Positions 9,713-21,345 of a stretch of DNA of 32,000 bases are shown piece after piece. The first letter of the stretch is position 1. Each line of letters starts with the position of its first letter. The notes under the pieces were generated by a model. That model was not told the DNA's origin and did not search any database. It saw nothing but the letters and a program-made list of their open reading frames with translations. The translations under genes and the position numbers were made by a program. The DNA is from Aliivibrio fischeri ES114 (lineage in GTDB: Bacteria > Pseudomonadota > Gammaproteobacteria > Enterobacterales > Vibrionaceae), in the NCBI RefSeq assembly GCF_000011805.1, contig NC_006840.2. One strand, written 5' to 3'.

Positions 9713-11200
9713 ATGAACAAAGAAATCTTAGCTGTTGTAGAAGCAGTATCAAATGAAAAAGCTGTTCCTCGTGAGCGAATTTTTGAAGCATTAGAAATCG
9801 CGCTTGCAACAGCAACAAAGAAAAAATCTGAAATGGAAATTGAAGTACGTGTAGCGATCGATCGCAAAACAGGTGACTTCGAAACATTCCGTCGTTGGGT
9901 TGCAGTAGAAAACGTTGAAAATCCAACGCTTGAAATTTCTATTGAAGCAGCACAGTTTGAAGATGAAACTATCGAAATCGGTGGTTACGTTGAAGATGAT
10001 ATCGAGTCAGTAACATTTGACCGTATTACAACTCAAACAGCGAAACAAGTTATCGTACAAAAAGTACGTGAAGCTGAACGTGCAATGATCGTTGAACAGT
10101 TTATTGATAATGAAGGTGAGCTAATCACTGGTATCGTTAAGAAAGTAAACCGTGATGCAATCATCGTAGATCTTGGTAACAACGCTGAAGCGGTAATTTT
10201 ACGTGAAGATCAACTTCCACGTGAAAACTTCCGTCCAGGTGACCGTGTTCGTGGTCTGCTATATGCAGTTAAACCTGAAGCACGTGGTTTCCAATTATTC
10301 ATGACACGTTCAAAAGGCGTAATGCTAACTGAACTATTCCGCGTAGAAGTACCTGAAATTGGCGAAGAGCTAATTGAATTAAAAGGTGCGGCTCGTGATC
10401 CAGGTTCTCGTGCTAAGATCGCAGTTAAAACAAACGATAAGCGTATTGACCCTGTTGGTGCGTGTGTTGGTATGCGTGGCGCACGTGTACAAGCTGTATC
10501 TGGTGAGCTTGGTGGTGAGCGTATTGATATCGTGCTTTGGGATGATAACCCAGCGCAATTCGTTATCAATGCAATGGCTCCGGCAGAAGTTGCTTCAATC
10601 ATTGTTGATGAAGACAACAACACAATGGATATCGCTGTTGAAGCTGATAATCTAGCACAAGCAATTGGCCGTAGTGGTCAAAACGTACGTTTAGCATCTC
10701 AACTTACTGGTTGGGAATTAAACGTAATGACAGTTGCTGATCTTAACAAGAAGCACCAAGAAGAAGCTCAAGGTTCTATTGATGCATTCGTTAAGCATTT
10801 AGATATTGATGCAGACTTTGCTCAGCTATTAGTTGAAGAAGGTTTCACTACTCTAGAAGAAGTTGCATATGTACCTGTAAATGAACTTCTAGAAATTGAA
10901 GAGTTAGATGAAGATACTGTTGATGCTCTACGTACTCGTGCGAAAGAAGCATTAACAACATTAGCGCTAGCTCAAGAAGAATCATTAGATGGCGTTGAGC
11001 CAGCTGAAGACCTACTTGCTCTTGAAGGCTTAGAGCGTGAGCTTGCTTTCAAACTTGCAGCTAAAGGTGTTATTACACTTGAAGACCTTGCAGACCAAGG
11101 TGTTGATGAACTGTCTGATATTGAAAATCTAACAGAAGAGCGTGCTGGTGAGTTAATCATGGCTGCTCGTAATATCTGTTGGTTTAGTGACGAAGAATAA
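9713..11200 (+). CDS. nusA: Transcription termination/antitermination factor NusA
   Basis: [28 protein letters not shown]...; S1/KH region ([28 protein letters not shown]) and two C-terminal helix-hairpin-helix acidic repeats. Confidence 0.97.
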   Translation: MNKEILAVVEAVSNEKAVPRERIFEALEIALATATKKKSEMEIEVRVAIDRKTGDFETFRRWVAVENVENPTLEISIEAAQFEDETIEIGGYVEDDIESVTFDRITTQTAKQVIVQKVREAERAMIVEQFIDNEGELITGIVKKVNRDAIIVDLGNNAEAVILREDQLPRENFRPGDRVRGLLYAVKPEARGFQLFMTRSKGVMLTELFRVEVPEIGEELIELKGAARDPGSRAKIAVKTNDKRIDPVGACVGMRGARVQAVSGELGGERIDIVLWDDNPAQFVINAMAPAEVASIIVDEDNNTMDIAVEADNLAQAIGRSGQNVRLASQLTGWELNVMTVADLNKKHQEEAQGSIDAFVKHLDIDADFAQLLVEEGFTTLEEVAYVPVNELLEIEELDEDTVDALRTRAKEALTTLALAQEESLDGVEPAEDLLALEGLERELAFKLAAKGVITLEDLADQGVDELSDIENLTEERAGELIMAARNICWFSDEE

Positions 11201-11224
11201 TAATAGCAAGCAAGGAGAAGCGGT

Positions 11225-13906
11225 ATGACAAAGCTTACGGTAAAAGCACTTAGTGAAGAAATTGGAACTCCAGTTGACCGCTTACTTCAGCAATTTTCGG
11301 ATGCTGGTATTAATAAAAAAGACGGAGACTCTGTAACTGAAAGTGAAAAGCAATCTTTGCTGGTTCACTTGAAGAAAGAGCATGGTAGTGTTGATGATAG
11401 TGCATCACCTACACGTCTAACTCTTCAACGCAAAACTCGCAGCACGTTAAGTGTTGCGGGTAGCGGTGGTAAAAGTAAAGATGTGCAAGTAGAAGTTCGT
11501 AAAAAACGTACTTATGTAAAAGCAAGCGCACTTGAAGAAGAGAAAAAAGCTGAGCAACTGAAAGCAGAAGCTGAAGAACAAGCCAAACGCGATGCAGAGG
11601 AAGCTGCAGTTCGCGAACTTGAACAAAAAGCACAACGTGAAGCGGAAGAGCAGGCAAAACGTGAAGCTGAGGCAGAAGCCAAAGCGAAACGTGAAGCTGA
11701 AGAAAAAGCGAAACGTGCTGAAGCTGATAAGGCTAAAAAAGAAATGACTAAGAAAAACGAACAAGCGAAAAAAGAAGCTGAGGAGCTTAAAGCTCGTCAG
11801 GAACTAGAAGCGACTCGTAAAGCAGAAGCTGAAGCGGCAAAATTAGTAGAAGAAGCTCGTAAACTGGCTGAAGAAAATGAAGCTCGTTGGAAAGAAGAAG
11901 AGCAAAAGAAATCAGCTGCTGAAAAAGACGCTGATTACCATGTAACTACTTCTTCTCATGCGCGTGAAGCTGAAGATGCAGCTGATCGTAAAGAAGAGCA
12001 ACAACCTCGCCGTCGTAAGAAAAAAGCAAAACCTGCAGAAGCTGCTGCTCCTCGTGGTGGTCGTAACCAACGCGGTGGTCGTAATAAGAAAGCACAAGTT
12101 AACAAACCTACTTCAATGCAACATGGCTTTGATAAGTCAGCGACAGTTGCTAAGCAAGACGTTGCTATCGGTGAAACAATCGTTGTTTCTGAGCTAGCAA
12201 GCAAAATGTCTGTTAAAGCAACAGAAGTAATCAAAGTTATGATGAAGATGGGCGCTATGGCGACTATCAACCAAGTGATCGACCAAGAAACTGCACAACT
12301 TGTTGCAGAAGAAATGGGTCACAAAGTAATTCTTCGTAAAGAAAATGAATTAGAAGAAGCGGTACTATCTGATCGTGACAACAGCGCTGAAGCTGAAGGT
12401 CGTGCTCCAGTAGTTACAATCATGGGTCACGTTGACCATGGTAAAACTTCTACACTTGACTACATTCGTCGTGCACACGTTGCTGACGCTGAAGCGGGTG
12501 GTATTACACAACACATCGGTGCATACCACGTTGAAACTGACAACGGTATGATCACTTTCCTTGATACTCCTGGACACGCAGCGTTTACAGCTATGCGTGC
12601 TCGTGGTGCTCAAGCGACAGATATCGTTGTTCTTGTTGTTGCAGCAGATGATGGTGTTATGCCACAAACAATCGAAGCTATCCAACACGCAAAAGCGGCA
12701 GGTGTACCTCTGATTGTTGCTGTGAACAAGATCGATAAAGAAGATGCAAACCCAGATAACGTTAAGAATGAGCTTGCTCAATACGACGTAATTCCTGAAG
12801 AGTGGGGCGGTGAGAACATGTTTGTTCACATCTCTGCTAAGCAAGGTACAAATATCGATGGTCTTCTAGAAGCGATTCTTCTTCAGTCTGAAGTTTTAGA
12901 ACTTACAGCGGTAAGAGAAGGCATGGCATCAGGTGTTGTTGTTGAATCTCGTCTTGATAAAGGTCGTGGTCCTGTTGCAACAGTTCTTGTTCAATCTGGT
13001 ACTCTTAACAAAGGCGATATCGTTCTTTGTGGTCAAGAATACGGCCGTGTTCGTGCAATGCGCGATGAAAATGGTAAAGAGATTGAATCAGCTGGTCCAT
13101 CTATCCCTGTTGAGATCCTTGGTCTTTCTGGCGTTCCTGCATCTGGTGATGAAGCTACAGTTGTTCGTGATGAGCGTAAAGCACGTGAAGTTGCAAACTA
13201 CCGTCAAGGTAAATTCCGTGATGTTAAACTAGCTCGTCAGCAAAAAGCGAAATTAGAGAACATGTTCTCTAACATGACTGCTGGTGAAGTTGCTGAACTA
13301 AATGTAGTTCTAAAAGCTGACGTTCAAGGTTCTGTTGAAGCGATTGCTGATTCATTACGTAAACTGTCAACTGACGAAGTTAAAGTTAACATCGTAGGTT
13401 CTGGTGTTGGTGGTATTACTGAAACTGATGCAGTACTTGCAGCAGCATCTAACGCTATTATTCTTGGCTTCAATGTTCGTGCTGATGCAACTGCTCGCCG
13501 TACAATTGAAAACGAGAACCTAGATCTTCGTTACTACTCAATCATCTACCAACTGATCGATGAAGTTAAAGCTGCAATGGGCGGTATGCTTGCTCCTGAG
13601 TTTAAACAAGAAATCATTGGTCTTGCTCAAGTTCGTGACGTATTTAAGTCGCCTAAACTTGGTGCAATCGCTGGTTGTATGGTTACAGAAGGTACGATTA
13701 AGCGTAGCAACCCAATCCGTGTACTACGTGATAACGTAGTAATTTACGAAGGTGAGCTAGAATCACTACGTCGCTTTAAAGATGACGTGGCTGAAGTTAA
13801 AAATGGTTACGAGTGTGGTATCGGCGTTAAGAACTACAACGACGTACGCGTTGGTGACCAAATCGAAGTATTCGAAATCGTTGAGATCAAACGTACTCTT
13901 GACTAA
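11225..13906 (+). CDS. infB: Translation initiation factor IF-2
   Basis: IF2 N-terminal domain, long charged linker, GTPase motifs [26 protein letters not shown]-terminal domains. Confidence 0.98.
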   Translation: MTKLTVKALSEEIGTPVDRLLQQFSDAGINKKDGDSVTESEKQSLLVHLKKEHGSVDDSASPTRLTLQRKTRSTLSVAGSGGKSKDVQVEVRKKRTYVKASALEEEKKAEQLKAEAEEQAKRDAEEAAVRELEQKAQREAEEQAKREAEAEAKAKREAEEKAKRAEADKAKKEMTKKNEQAKKEAEELKARQELEATRKAEAEAAKLVEEARKLAEENEARWKEEEQKKSAAEKDADYHVTTSSHAREAEDAADRKEEQQPRRRKKKAKPAEAAAPRGGRNQRGGRNKKAQVNKPTSMQHGFDKSATVAKQDVAIGETIVVSELASKMSVKATEVIKVMMKMGAMATINQVIDQETAQLVAEEMGHKVILRKENELEEAVLSDRDNSAEAEGRAPVVTIMGHVDHGKTSTLDYIRRAHVADAEAGGITQHIGAYHVETDNGMITFLDTPGHAAFTAMRARGAQATDIVVLVVAADDGVMPQTIEAIQHAKAAGVPLIVAVNKIDKEDANPDNVKNELAQYDVIPEEWGGENMFVHISAKQGTNIDGLLEAILLQSEVLELTAVREGMASGVVVESRLDKGRGPVATVLVQSGTLNKGDIVLCGQEYGRVRAMRDENGKEIESAGPSIPVEILGLSGVPASGDEATVVRDERKAREVANYRQGKFRDVKLARQQKAKLENMFSNMTAGEVAELNVVLKADVQGSVEAIADSLRKLSTDEVKVNIVGSGVGGITETDAVLAAASNAIILGFNVRADATARRTIENENLDLRYYSIIYQLIDEVKAAMGGMLAPEFKQEIIGLAQVRDVFKSPKLGAIAGCMVTEGTIKRSNPIRVLRDNVVIYEGELESLRRFKDDVAEVKNGYECGIGVKNYNDVRVGDQIEVFEIVEIKRTLD

Positions 13907-14017
13907 TTGACTATAATTACTAACGTTATCTTTAAAGGTAAGTAGTAATCGGTTGTTGAATACACCATGGGGGGCTGGTAATTACCAAGCCCCCCATCTT
14001 TCTAAGAGAGAAAAGAT

Positions 14018-14425
14018 ATGTCAAAAGAATTTAGCCGCACACAGCGTGTGTCGCAACAATTACAAAAAGAACTAGCAGTTATGCTACAACGTGAAGTTCG
14101 TGATTCACGTATCGGTATGGTGACGATTTCTGATGTAGAAGTATCACGTGACTTAGCTTATGCAAAAGTATTCGTGACTTTCTTCTGTGTTGGTGAGCAA
14201 ACTCCAGAATCAAGCTTAGCCGCTCTAAAAGAGCACGAGCCATCATTACGTATGATGCTTGGCAAGCGCATTCGTTTACGTCTAACTCCTGAAATTCGTT
14301 TTACTTACGACAACACGCTTGTTGAAGGTATGCGTATGTCTAACTTAGTAACTGATGTTGTTAATACAGATAAGCGTAAAATGGCAGAATCAGGCCGTAC
14401 CGAATCAGATGAAGGTGAAGAGTAA
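14018..14425 (+). CDS. rbfA: Ribosome-binding factor A
   Basis: [55 protein letters not shown]; RbfA family. Confidence 0.95.
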   Translation: MSKEFSRTQRVSQQLQKELAVMLQREVRDSRIGMVTISDVEVSRDLAYAKVFVTFFCVGEQTPESSLAALKEHEPSLRMMLGKRIRLRLTPEIRFTYDNTLVEGMRMSNLVTDVVNTDKRKMAESGRTESDEGEE

Positions 14426-15375
14426 TGGCTCGCCGTCGTAAGGGTCGTCCGGTTAATGGTGTTATCTTAATTGATAAACCAACAGGTATTACTTCAAACG
14501 ATACTCTGCAAAAAGTTAAACGCATTTACTTTGCTGAAAAAGCAGGTCATACAGGTGCACTTGATCCTCTAGCAACAGGTATGCTTCCTATTTGCTTAGG
14601 TGAAGCAACGAAGTTTTCCCAGTTTCTTTTAGACTCAGATAAACGTTACCGTGTTGTCGCTAAACTGGGTGAACGTACGAATACTTCAGACTCAGATGGT
14701 GAAGTGGTTCAAACTCGTGAAGTAAAAGTGGATCGCGGTCAACTTGAGCGTTGTATTGCGAAATTCCGTGGTACAACGGATCAAATTCCATCGATGTTCT
14801 CAGCATTAAAATACCAAGGTCGTCCTTTGTATGAATATGCTCGTGAAGGCATTGAAGTACCTCGTGAGTCTCGTAAGATCACTGTTTACTCTATTGAATT
14901 ACTTCGCTTTGAAGGTCATGAAGTAGAAATGGAAGTACATTGTTCAAAAGCACTTACATTCGTACGATTACCGACGATTTTAGGCGAAATGCTGGGTTGT
15001 GGTGCGCACGTAACTTATTTACGTCGTACTGGTGTATCGAATTATCCATATGAGAATATGGTAACGATTGAAGACTTAGAAGCATTACTTGAACAAGCTC
15101 ATCGTGAAGAGCGTGCTCCTCGTGAGTTACTTGATCCATTACTAATGCCAATGGATTCAGCGGTACAAGACCTACCTGAAGTGAATATGATCCCTGAATT
15201 GGCTGATCATGTGCTTCATGGCCAACCGGTTCAAGTGTTTGGTGCTCCGCAAGATGGCATCGTACGTATGACATCGGGTGACGAACGTCTATTCATTGGT
15301 GTGGGTCACATTGATGATGATGGTCGCGTTGCTCCTAAGCGCTTAGTTGTTTTTCGAGATGAAGAAGAAAAATAA
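14425..15375 (+). CDS. truB: tRNA pseudouridine55 synthase TruB
   Basis: [22 protein letters not shown]...[25 protein letters not shown]; start overlaps the rbfA stop (TAATG). Confidence 0.96.
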   Translation: MARRRKGRPVNGVILIDKPTGITSNDTLQKVKRIYFAEKAGHTGALDPLATGMLPICLGEATKFSQFLLDSDKRYRVVAKLGERTNTSDSDGEVVQTREVKVDRGQLERCIAKFRGTTDQIPSMFSALKYQGRPLYEYAREGIEVPRESRKITVYSIELLRFEGHEVEMEVHCSKALTFVRLPTILGEMLGCGAHVTYLRRTGVSNYPYENMVTIEDLEALLEQAHREERAPRELLDPLLMPMDSAVQDLPEVNMIPELADHVLHGQPVQVFGAPQDGIVRMTSGDERLFIGVGHIDDDGRVAPKRLVVFRDEEEK

Positions 15376-15403
15376 TTAATACTTAGTCTTAAAAGAATTA
15401 GAA

Positions 15404-15438
15404 AGAGCAAAAGCTGTTGGTTTTTGCTCTTTTTTTAT
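15404..15438 (+). terminator. Terminator after truB (upstream of rpsO)
   Basis: AGAGCAAAA-gctgttgg-TTTTTGCTCTTTTTTT; exact edges approximate. Confidence 0.8.
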
Positions 15439-15538
15439 TGCTTTATTATTGTTCATCCGTATAATTCGCTCTTCGCGTAGTGGCTGAATCAGAGATTGGC
15501 TACTACAAATATTAAACTACTCTTATCAGGAGAGAATT

Positions 15539-15808
15539 ATGTCTCTGAATGCAGAAACTAAAGCAGCAATCGTTGCTGAATACGCACAATCTGAAGGCGA
15601 CACAGGTTCACCAGAAGTACAAGTAGCACTACTAACTGCTTCTATCAACCACCTTCAAGGTCACTTTGCTAATCACAAGCACGATCACCACAGCCGTCGT
15701 GGTCTACTACGTATGGTTTCTAGCCGTCGTAAGCTTCTTGATTACCTAAAAGGCAAAAACCTTGCTCGTTACCAAGATCTAATCAAACGTCTAGGCCTAC
15801 GTCGCTAA
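15539..15808 (+). CDS. rpsO: 30S ribosomal protein S15
   Basis: [73 protein letters not shown]...[12 protein letters not shown]. Confidence 0.98.
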   Translation: MSLNAETKAAIVAEYAQSEGDTGSPEVQVALLTASINHLQGHFANHKHDHHSRRGLLRMVSSRRKLLDYLKGKNLARYQDLIKRLGLRR

Positions 15809-15836
15809 TTTGCGATGTCTGTAAAGACAGTTTGAC

Positions 15837-15865
15837 GAAAAGGAGCGTTTATCGCTCCTTTTTTT
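15837..15865 (+). terminator. Terminator between rpsO and pnp
   Basis: AAAAGGAGCG-tttat-CGCTCCTTTTTTT. Confidence 0.85.
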
Positions 15866-15971
15866 ATGCGCTAAAATCTCCTTTTTCATTCCTGAAACTC
15901 GCATCTTCCCCTAATTGAGGTATACTGTGCCTCGTTGAAATTACTCAGTAGTAATTTTGATAAAACTATCC

Positions 15972-16077
15972 AATTCATCATATTACAGTCACCGAAGTCG
16001 GCCACTAGGTCGCGGCTATTACAAATTGTCTTTAATGAAGTCAATTTGTACTAGTCGCGATTAGTAGTATGTTGAAT
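15972..16077 (+). promoter_or_regulatory. Long imperfect hairpin in the pnp 5' leader, candidate RNase III / PNPase autoregulatory element
   Basis: Outer arms AATTCATCATATTAC / GTAGTATGTTGAATT and inner arms CGCGGCTATTACAAATTG (16011-16028) / CAATTTGTACTAGTCGCG (16042-16059). Confidence 0.65.
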
Positions 16078-16146
16078 TATCAACTACAAATTTCTTATTT
16101 TTGATAGCACAACGTGCCATGTAAAAATAAGAATAAAGGAAAAAAA

Positions 16147-18276
16147 ATGTTCGCGAATCCAGTCGTAAAATCATTTCAGTACGGTAACCATACCGTTACT
16201 CTAGAAACGGGTGTAATTGCTCGTCAAGCTACAGCTGCTGTAATGGCAAGCATGGACGATACATCTGTATTCGTTTCTGTTGTTGCTAAGAAAGAAGCGG
16301 TTCCAGGCCAAGATTTCTTCCCACTAACAGTTAACTACCAAGAGCGTACGTACGCTGCGGGCAAAATCCCTGGTGGTTTCTTTAAGCGTGAAGGTCGTCC
16401 TTCTGAAGCTGAAACACTAACAGCTCGTCTAATTGACCGTCCAATCCGTCCTCTTTTCCCTGATGCATTCAAAAACGAAGTACAGGTAATTGCAACGGTT
16501 GTTTCTATCAACCCTGAAGTTAACCCAGACATGATCACTATGATCGGTACGTCTGCGGCATTAGCTATCGCTGGTATTCCATTTAATGGTCCTATCGGTG
16601 CTGCACGTGTTGGTCACATCAACGGTGAGCTTGTTCTTAACCCATCAAATACTGAACTTGAAAACTCTAAACTAGACCTAGTTGTGTCTGGTACAGAAGG
16701 TGCAGTATTAATGGTTGAATCAGAAGCTGATAACCTAACTGAAGAAGAAATGCTTTCTGCTGTTGTATTCGGTCACGAACAACAACAAGTAGTTATCAAC
16801 GCTATCAACGAATTCGCTGCTGAAGTTGCAACTCCAGCATGGGATTGGGTTGCTCCAGAAGAGAACACAGTTCTTAACGCGCGTATTGCAGAGTTAGCAG
16901 AAGCTAAATTAGTTGAAGCTTACCAAATTACTGAAAAAATGACTCGTTACGATCGCATTCATGAAATCGCAGCTGAAGTTAACGAAGTTCTAGTATCTGA
17001 AAACGAAGACGTGAACCTAAAAGAAGTTCACACTATCTTCCACGATCTAGAGAAAACAGTTGTACGTCGCAGCATCATCGCTGGTAACCCACGTATCGAT
17101 GGTCGTGAAAAAGACATGGTTCGTGCGCTAGACGTACGTACTGGTGTTCTTCCACGTACTCACGGTTCTTCTCTATTCACACGCGGTGAAACTCAAGCTC
17201 TTGTTACTGCAACGCTTGGTACACAACGTGATGCTCAAATCATCGATAGCCTAATGGGTGAGAAGAAAGATCACTTCCTTCTACACTACAATTTCCCTCC
17301 ATACTGTGTAGGTGAAACTGGTTTTGTTGGTTCTCCTAAGCGTCGTGAAATCGGTCACGGTAAACTGGCTAAACGTGGTATCCAAGCGGTTATGCCTTCT
17401 ATTGAAGAATTCCCATACACAGTACGTGTAGTATCGGAAATCACTGAATCTAACGGTTCATCTTCAATGGCTTCTGTATGTGGTACATCTCTAGCTCTTA
17501 TGGATGCTGGTGTTCCAATTAAAGCATCTGTTGCTGGTATCGCAATGGGTCTTGTGAAAGAAGGTGACGATTTCGTTGTTCTTTCTGATATTCTAGGTGA
17601 CGAAGACCACCTTGGTGATATGGACTTTAAAGTAGCGGGTACTAACGAAGGTATCACTGCACTTCAAATGGATATCAAAATCGAAGGCATCACTAAAGAG
17701 ATCATGCAGATCGCTCTAAACCAAGCTCAAGGTGCGCGTAAGCACATCCTTAAAGTTATGGATGAAGCTATCTCTGGTGCTCGTGAAGAGATCTCTGAAT
17801 TTGCTCCACGTATCCACACAATGAAGATCAGCTCTGATAAGATCAAAGATGTTATCGGTAAAGGTGGTGCAGTTATCCGTGCTCTTTGTGAAGAGACTGG
17901 TACAACTATCGAAATCGAAGATGACGGTACGATCAAAATCGCTGCAACTGAAGGCGCTGCTGCTAAAGAAGCGATTCGTCGCATCGAAGAGATCACTGCT
18001 GAAGTTGAAGTTGGTAAGATCTACACAGGTAAAGTTATGCGTATCGTAGATTTCGGTGCGTTCGTAACGGTTCTTGGTCCTAAAGAAGGTCTAGTTCATA
18101 TTTCTCAAATCGCAGAAGAGCGCATCGAGAAAGTAGCTGATCACCTACAAGTTGGTCAAGAAGTGAAAACTAAAGTACTTGAAATCGACCGTCAAGGCCG
18201 TATCCGTCTAAGTATTAAAGAAGCAAATGCTGAACTAAACCCAGCACCTGCTGCTGAAGCAAAAGACGCAGAATAA
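16147..18276 (+). CDS. pnp: Polyribonucleotide nucleotidyltransferase (PNPase)
   Basis: [43 protein letters not shown]...; RNase PH domains, KH ([15 protein letters not shown]) and S1 domains. ATG 16147 matches the family start; the track ORF begins upstream. Confidence 0.97.
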   Translation: MFANPVVKSFQYGNHTVTLETGVIARQATAAVMASMDDTSVFVSVVAKKEAVPGQDFFPLTVNYQERTYAAGKIPGGFFKREGRPSEAETLTARLIDRPIRPLFPDAFKNEVQVIATVVSINPEVNPDMITMIGTSAALAIAGIPFNGPIGAARVGHINGELVLNPSNTELENSKLDLVVSGTEGAVLMVESEADNLTEEEMLSAVVFGHEQQQVVINAINEFAAEVATPAWDWVAPEENTVLNARIAELAEAKLVEAYQITEKMTRYDRIHEIAAEVNEVLVSENEDVNLKEVHTIFHDLEKTVVRRSIIAGNPRIDGREKDMVRALDVRTGVLPRTHGSSLFTRGETQALVTATLGTQRDAQIIDSLMGEKKDHFLLHYNFPPYCVGETGFVGSPKRREIGHGKLAKRGIQAVMPSIEEFPYTVRVVSEITESNGSSSMASVCGTSLALMDAGVPIKASVAGIAMGLVKEGDDFVVLSDILGDEDHLGDMDFKVAGTNEGITALQMDIKIEGITKEIMQIALNQAQGARKHILKVMDEAISGAREEISEFAPRIHTMKISSDKIKDVIGKGGAVIRALCEETGTTIEIEDDGTIKIAATEGAAAKEAIRRIEEITAEVEVGKIYTGKVMRIVDFGAFVTVLGPKEGLVHISQIAEERIEKVADHLQVGQEVKTKVLEIDRQGRIRLSIKEANAELNPAPAAEAKDAE

Positions 18277-18314
18277 TCTTATTGATTACAGTCTTTTGAT
18301 TTAAAGCATGTTAT

Positions 18315-18345
18315 AAAGGGAGCAGAAATGCTCCCTTTTCTTTTA
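18315..18345 (+). terminator. Terminator after pnp
   Basis: AAAGGGAGCA-gaaa-TGCTCCCTTTT. Confidence 0.8.
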
Positions 18346-18396
18346 ATATAGAGTCACTTTTATTAAAAGAATTAGGTTTATCATAGGAGAAAATGA

Positions 18397-19380
18397 GTGA
18401 ATTGGATTCGAGTAGCCTTAGTTGGCGCAGTATTAGTGTTGTCTGGGTGTGCATCTAAAGGGGATACTTCAGGATGGGGATACCCACCAATGGCGGTTCC
18501 TTTACAACCAAGTATCCAACAAGAGATCCAATTATCTCGTTTGGACCAATTGCTACAACGCCCCGATGTGGATGATGTAACTCGTGCAAAAATGTACTAT
18601 GAAAGAGGGTTAATTAAAGACAGTTTAGGTTTACGTGACTTGGCTCGTGTCGACTTTACTCAATCTTTAACTTTAAAACCTGATCAGAGTGATGTGTTTA
18701 ATATTCTTGGTGTTTACTACACGCAAAATACGGATTTTGATGGAGCGTATGAAGCGTTAGATTCAGCTTTAGAATTAGACCCAAATAATCAATTTGCTGA
18801 ACGTAATTTAGCTATCGCTTTGTATTATGGTGAACGTTACGATCAAGCATATGAAATAGCTCAGAAGCATTACAATGATGCTCCTCGTGACCCATACCGT
18901 GCAATTTGGTTGTATTGGATTGGATTAGAAGTGGATGCGAAAGTGGCAACAGAGACCTTCCAGAAACAATATCAACAAAGAACAGATGAAGATTTTGGAT
19001 GGGATCTTGCAGGGTTAATTTTAAAAGAAACTTCTGAAGATGAGTTTTTGAAAAAAATCTTAACTACAACTCGTAATAATGTGGCATTGGCAGAAAAACT
19101 AACAGAAGGTTATTTTTATTTAGCTAAACGTTATCAATACGAAGGTGATTATCCAAACGCAATTGCTTTGTATAAGCTAAGTATGTCGAACAACGTTTAT
19201 GAGTATGTAGAACATCGATATTCATTTGTGGAACTAGGTAATATCTACAAAGCTTTACGTGATTTGCAAGAGCAAAAAATAAAAGAGCAGCAAGCACAAG
19301 AAGCGAAAGAAGCACCGGTTGCACCACAAGAAAAAAGCACTGAAAAAGAGATGCTAAAAGAAGAAGCAACAGCAAAATAA
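18397..19380 (+). CDS. nlpI: TPR lipoprotein NlpI
   Basis: GTG start after AGGAGA; lipobox VLVLSGCASKG; TPR repeats (DQSDVFNILGVYYTQNTDFDGAYEALDSALELDPNN); syntenic position after pnp. Confidence 0.93.
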   Translation: MNWIRVALVGAVLVLSGCASKGDTSGWGYPPMAVPLQPSIQQEIQLSRLDQLLQRPDVDDVTRAKMYYERGLIKDSLGLRDLARVDFTQSLTLKPDQSDVFNILGVYYTQNTDFDGAYEALDSALELDPNNQFAERNLAIALYYGERYDQAYEIAQKHYNDAPRDPYRAIWLYWIGLEVDAKVATETFQKQYQQRTDEDFGWDLAGLILKETSEDEFLKKILTTTRNNVALAEKLTEGYFYLAKRYQYEGDYPNAIALYKLSMSNNVYEYVEHRYSFVELGNIYKALRDLQEQKIKEQQAQEAKEAPVAPQEKSTEKEMLKEEATAK

Positions 19381-19398
19381 TTAGCTACATTAGTATAA

Positions 19399-19434
19399 TA
19401 AAAAAGCCTTATTCATATGGATAAGGCTTTTTTG
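19399..19434. terminator. Bidirectional terminator between nlpI and ubiV
   Basis: AAAAAAGCCTTAT-tcatatgg-ATAAGGCTTTTTT. Confidence 0.85.
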
Positions 19435-19455
19435 TATTCAAAAGAAAATTCAAAA

Positions 19456-20334
19456 TTACATTTGAATGTCTAATCCAGCAATATTGTGCCAGTAGCCATT
19501 ACAATGGCGAGCATCTTTTAAAGCAAATTTTTCAGAGCCTGTTTCATTAGCTTTGAATTTTCTTACTTCATCAAAGGTATCAACACTTAATGGACTCAGT
19601 CGTACTACATCAACTAGGTTACTCATGCTTGGTAAGTCATTTATCAAGTTGTAGCAGTAGCCAGATTGAGTCTGAATACCATTTAACGTGAACACTTCCT
19701 GACCTTCTTGGCTATTAACCGTAATACCTGTTGGGTATTTAATACAGCAAGTTTCACATTCATCTTTTGGTTTATTCTCTGCACGAGCAGTAAAGCAACG
19801 AGCAGAATACGCAAGAGGAAGATAACCGTAACTGAATACTTCGGTTTCAAACTTATTGCGGATACCAAGTTCGTCACATTGAGTTAATACGTTCTGTAGC
19901 CATTCACGAGAAAGCTCTACAGGCATACACCAACGTGTCATCCCTTGTTTTAAAAAGAGGTTTAGGGTTTGAGCGTTATAACAGTTAACCGCTGGGCCAA
20001 CAACAAATGGAACTTTGCTCTCTGATGCTAATTGAATTGCAGATACATCATTGGCTTCGATAATAAAATCACCATTATCAATGTACTTTTTCATTACATT
20101 GACTTCACTCGGTGCTTCTAATAAAGCCATGGTAGATAACACGACTTGTTTACCAGAATCTGAAATATCCTTAGCAATAGCAAACCAGTCTTTAGGTTTC
20201 ATTTCTCGGCGTTTTGAACAAACACTTTCACCTAAATAAATAATATCAGCTTCACTATTGGTTGCTTGTTGATAAAAGGACTCAACGTTTTCTTTAGACC
20301 AAAAGTATAGGAGTGGACCTAATGCGTATTTCAT
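19456..20334 (-). CDS. ubiV: O2-independent ubiquinone biosynthesis protein UbiV (peptidase U32-like, YhbV)
   Basis: MKYALGPLLYFWSKENVESFYQQA...IIYLGESVCSKRR; Cys pattern C39 plus CFTARAENKPKDECETCC consistent with the UbiV 4Fe-4S ligands. Confidence 0.93.
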   Translation of the reverse strand: MKYALGPLLYFWSKENVESFYQQATNSEADIIYLGESVCSKRREMKPKDWFAIAKDISDSGKQVVLSTMALLEAPSEVNVMKKYIDNGDFIIEANDVSAIQLASESKVPFVVGPAVNCYNAQTLNLFLKQGMTRWCMPVELSREWLQNVLTQCDELGIRNKFETEVFSYGYLPLAYSARCFTARAENKPKDECETCCIKYPTGITVNSQEGQEVFTLNGIQTQSGYCYNLINDLPSMSNLVDVVRLSPLSVDTFDEVRKFKANETGSEKFALKDARHCNGYWHNIAGLDIQM

Positions 20335-20343
20335 GATGTTCTC

Positions 20344-21345
20344 CTATTGCCACTTCTTATGATAAGCACCAAGAGTGGTTTGTGTCCCCTCTGATACATT
20401 CGCTAATGTTGCATCCCATTTAGGTTCTACCGCATAGCCTTCAGGATTTGCTTTGTAGCTATCGATAGCTGCACGCCATGTACGAGTTACTTGCTCAACA
20501 TAAGCAGGGCTGCGTTGACGTCCTTCTATTTTTACTGATGCAACATTAGCTGCAAATAATTCAGGAACTAAAGATAAGGTATTTAAACTGGTTGGTTCCT
20601 CAAGAGCATGGAAGGTTTTACCTTCTACATCAAAGCGTCCTTTACACAGGGTTGGATAGCCGGCATTTTCACCTTCACCATAACGGTCGATTAAAATATT
20701 ATTTAAACGAGATTCCAGCCCATTATCGGTTTCTTGCCAACGAACGTATTTTGCTGGTGAGCAAGCGCCTACAGTGTTTGGTGATTCACCTGTCATGTAT
20801 GATGATAAGTAACAACGACCTTCAGACATGATACATAGACTACCAAAGGCGAAGACTTCTAAATCAACATCAGAGGTTAAATTTCGAGAAAGTTGTTTAA
20901 CTTGATGGATAGATAACACTCGTGGCAAAACAACGCGTTTAATATTGAAGTTCTTTTTATAGAAATCAATAGCGGCAACATTGGTTGCAGATGCTTGTAC
21001 CGAGAGGTGTAACTCTAAATCAGGATAGGTTGTTGCAGCGTATTCTAGTACAGCAATATCAGAAATAATAAGCGCATCAATTCCCATTGCTGCTGCGTTA
21101 TCTACAGCCTTTGTCCAACGGCTAAATCCATCTGGGTGAGCAAATGTATTTAAGGCAACATGAATATGTTTATTTTTATCGTGAACATATTGCACGGCTT
21201 TCTCAAGCTTTTTACCTGTAAAGTTTAAGCCTGCAAAATGGCGAGCATTTGTGTCGTCTTTAAAACCGATATAAACAGCATCGGCGCCGCAATCAATAGC
21301 GGTTTTTAGTGCGGGCAAATTACCGGCTGGGCAGAGGAGTTCCAT
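20344..21345 (-). CDS. ubiU: O2-independent ubiquinone biosynthesis protein UbiU (peptidase U32-like, YhbU)
   Basis: MELLCPAGNLPALKTAIDCGADAVYIGFKDDTNARHFAGLNF...GSLCIMSEGRCYLSSYMTGESPNTVGACSPAKYVRW; U32 family signature and Cys cluster. Confidence 0.94.
   Translation of the reverse strand: MELLCPAGNLPALKTAIDCGADAVYIGFKDDTNARHFAGLNFTGKKLEKAVQYVHDKNKHIHVALNTFAHPDGFSRWTKAVDNAAAMGIDALIISDIAVLEYAATTYPDLELHLSVQASATNVAAIDFYKKNFNIKRVVLPRVLSIHQVKQLSRNLTSDVDLEVFAFGSLCIMSEGRCYLSSYMTGESPNTVGACSPAKYVRWQETDNGLESRLNNILIDRYGEGENAGYPTLCKGRFDVEGKTFHALEEPTSLNTLSLVPELFAANVASVKIEGRQRSPAYVEQVTRTWRAAIDSYKANPEGYAVEPKWDATLANVSEGTQTTLGAYHKKWQ

Noticed and set aside
10210-10623. 137-aa minus-strand ORF inside nusA
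   Set aside because: Antisense to a highly conserved gene; sequence is low-complexity Ser/Arg typical of shadow ORFs.
11420-11960. Repeats within infB considered as a possible tandem-repeat/CRISPR-like array
   Set aside because: Repetitiveness comes from Ala/Glu/Lys codons of the IF2 linker; units are degenerate with no spacer structure.
12365-12844. 159-aa minus-strand ORF inside infB
   Set aside because: Fully antisense to the conserved IF2 GTPase domain, no RBS or family resemblance.
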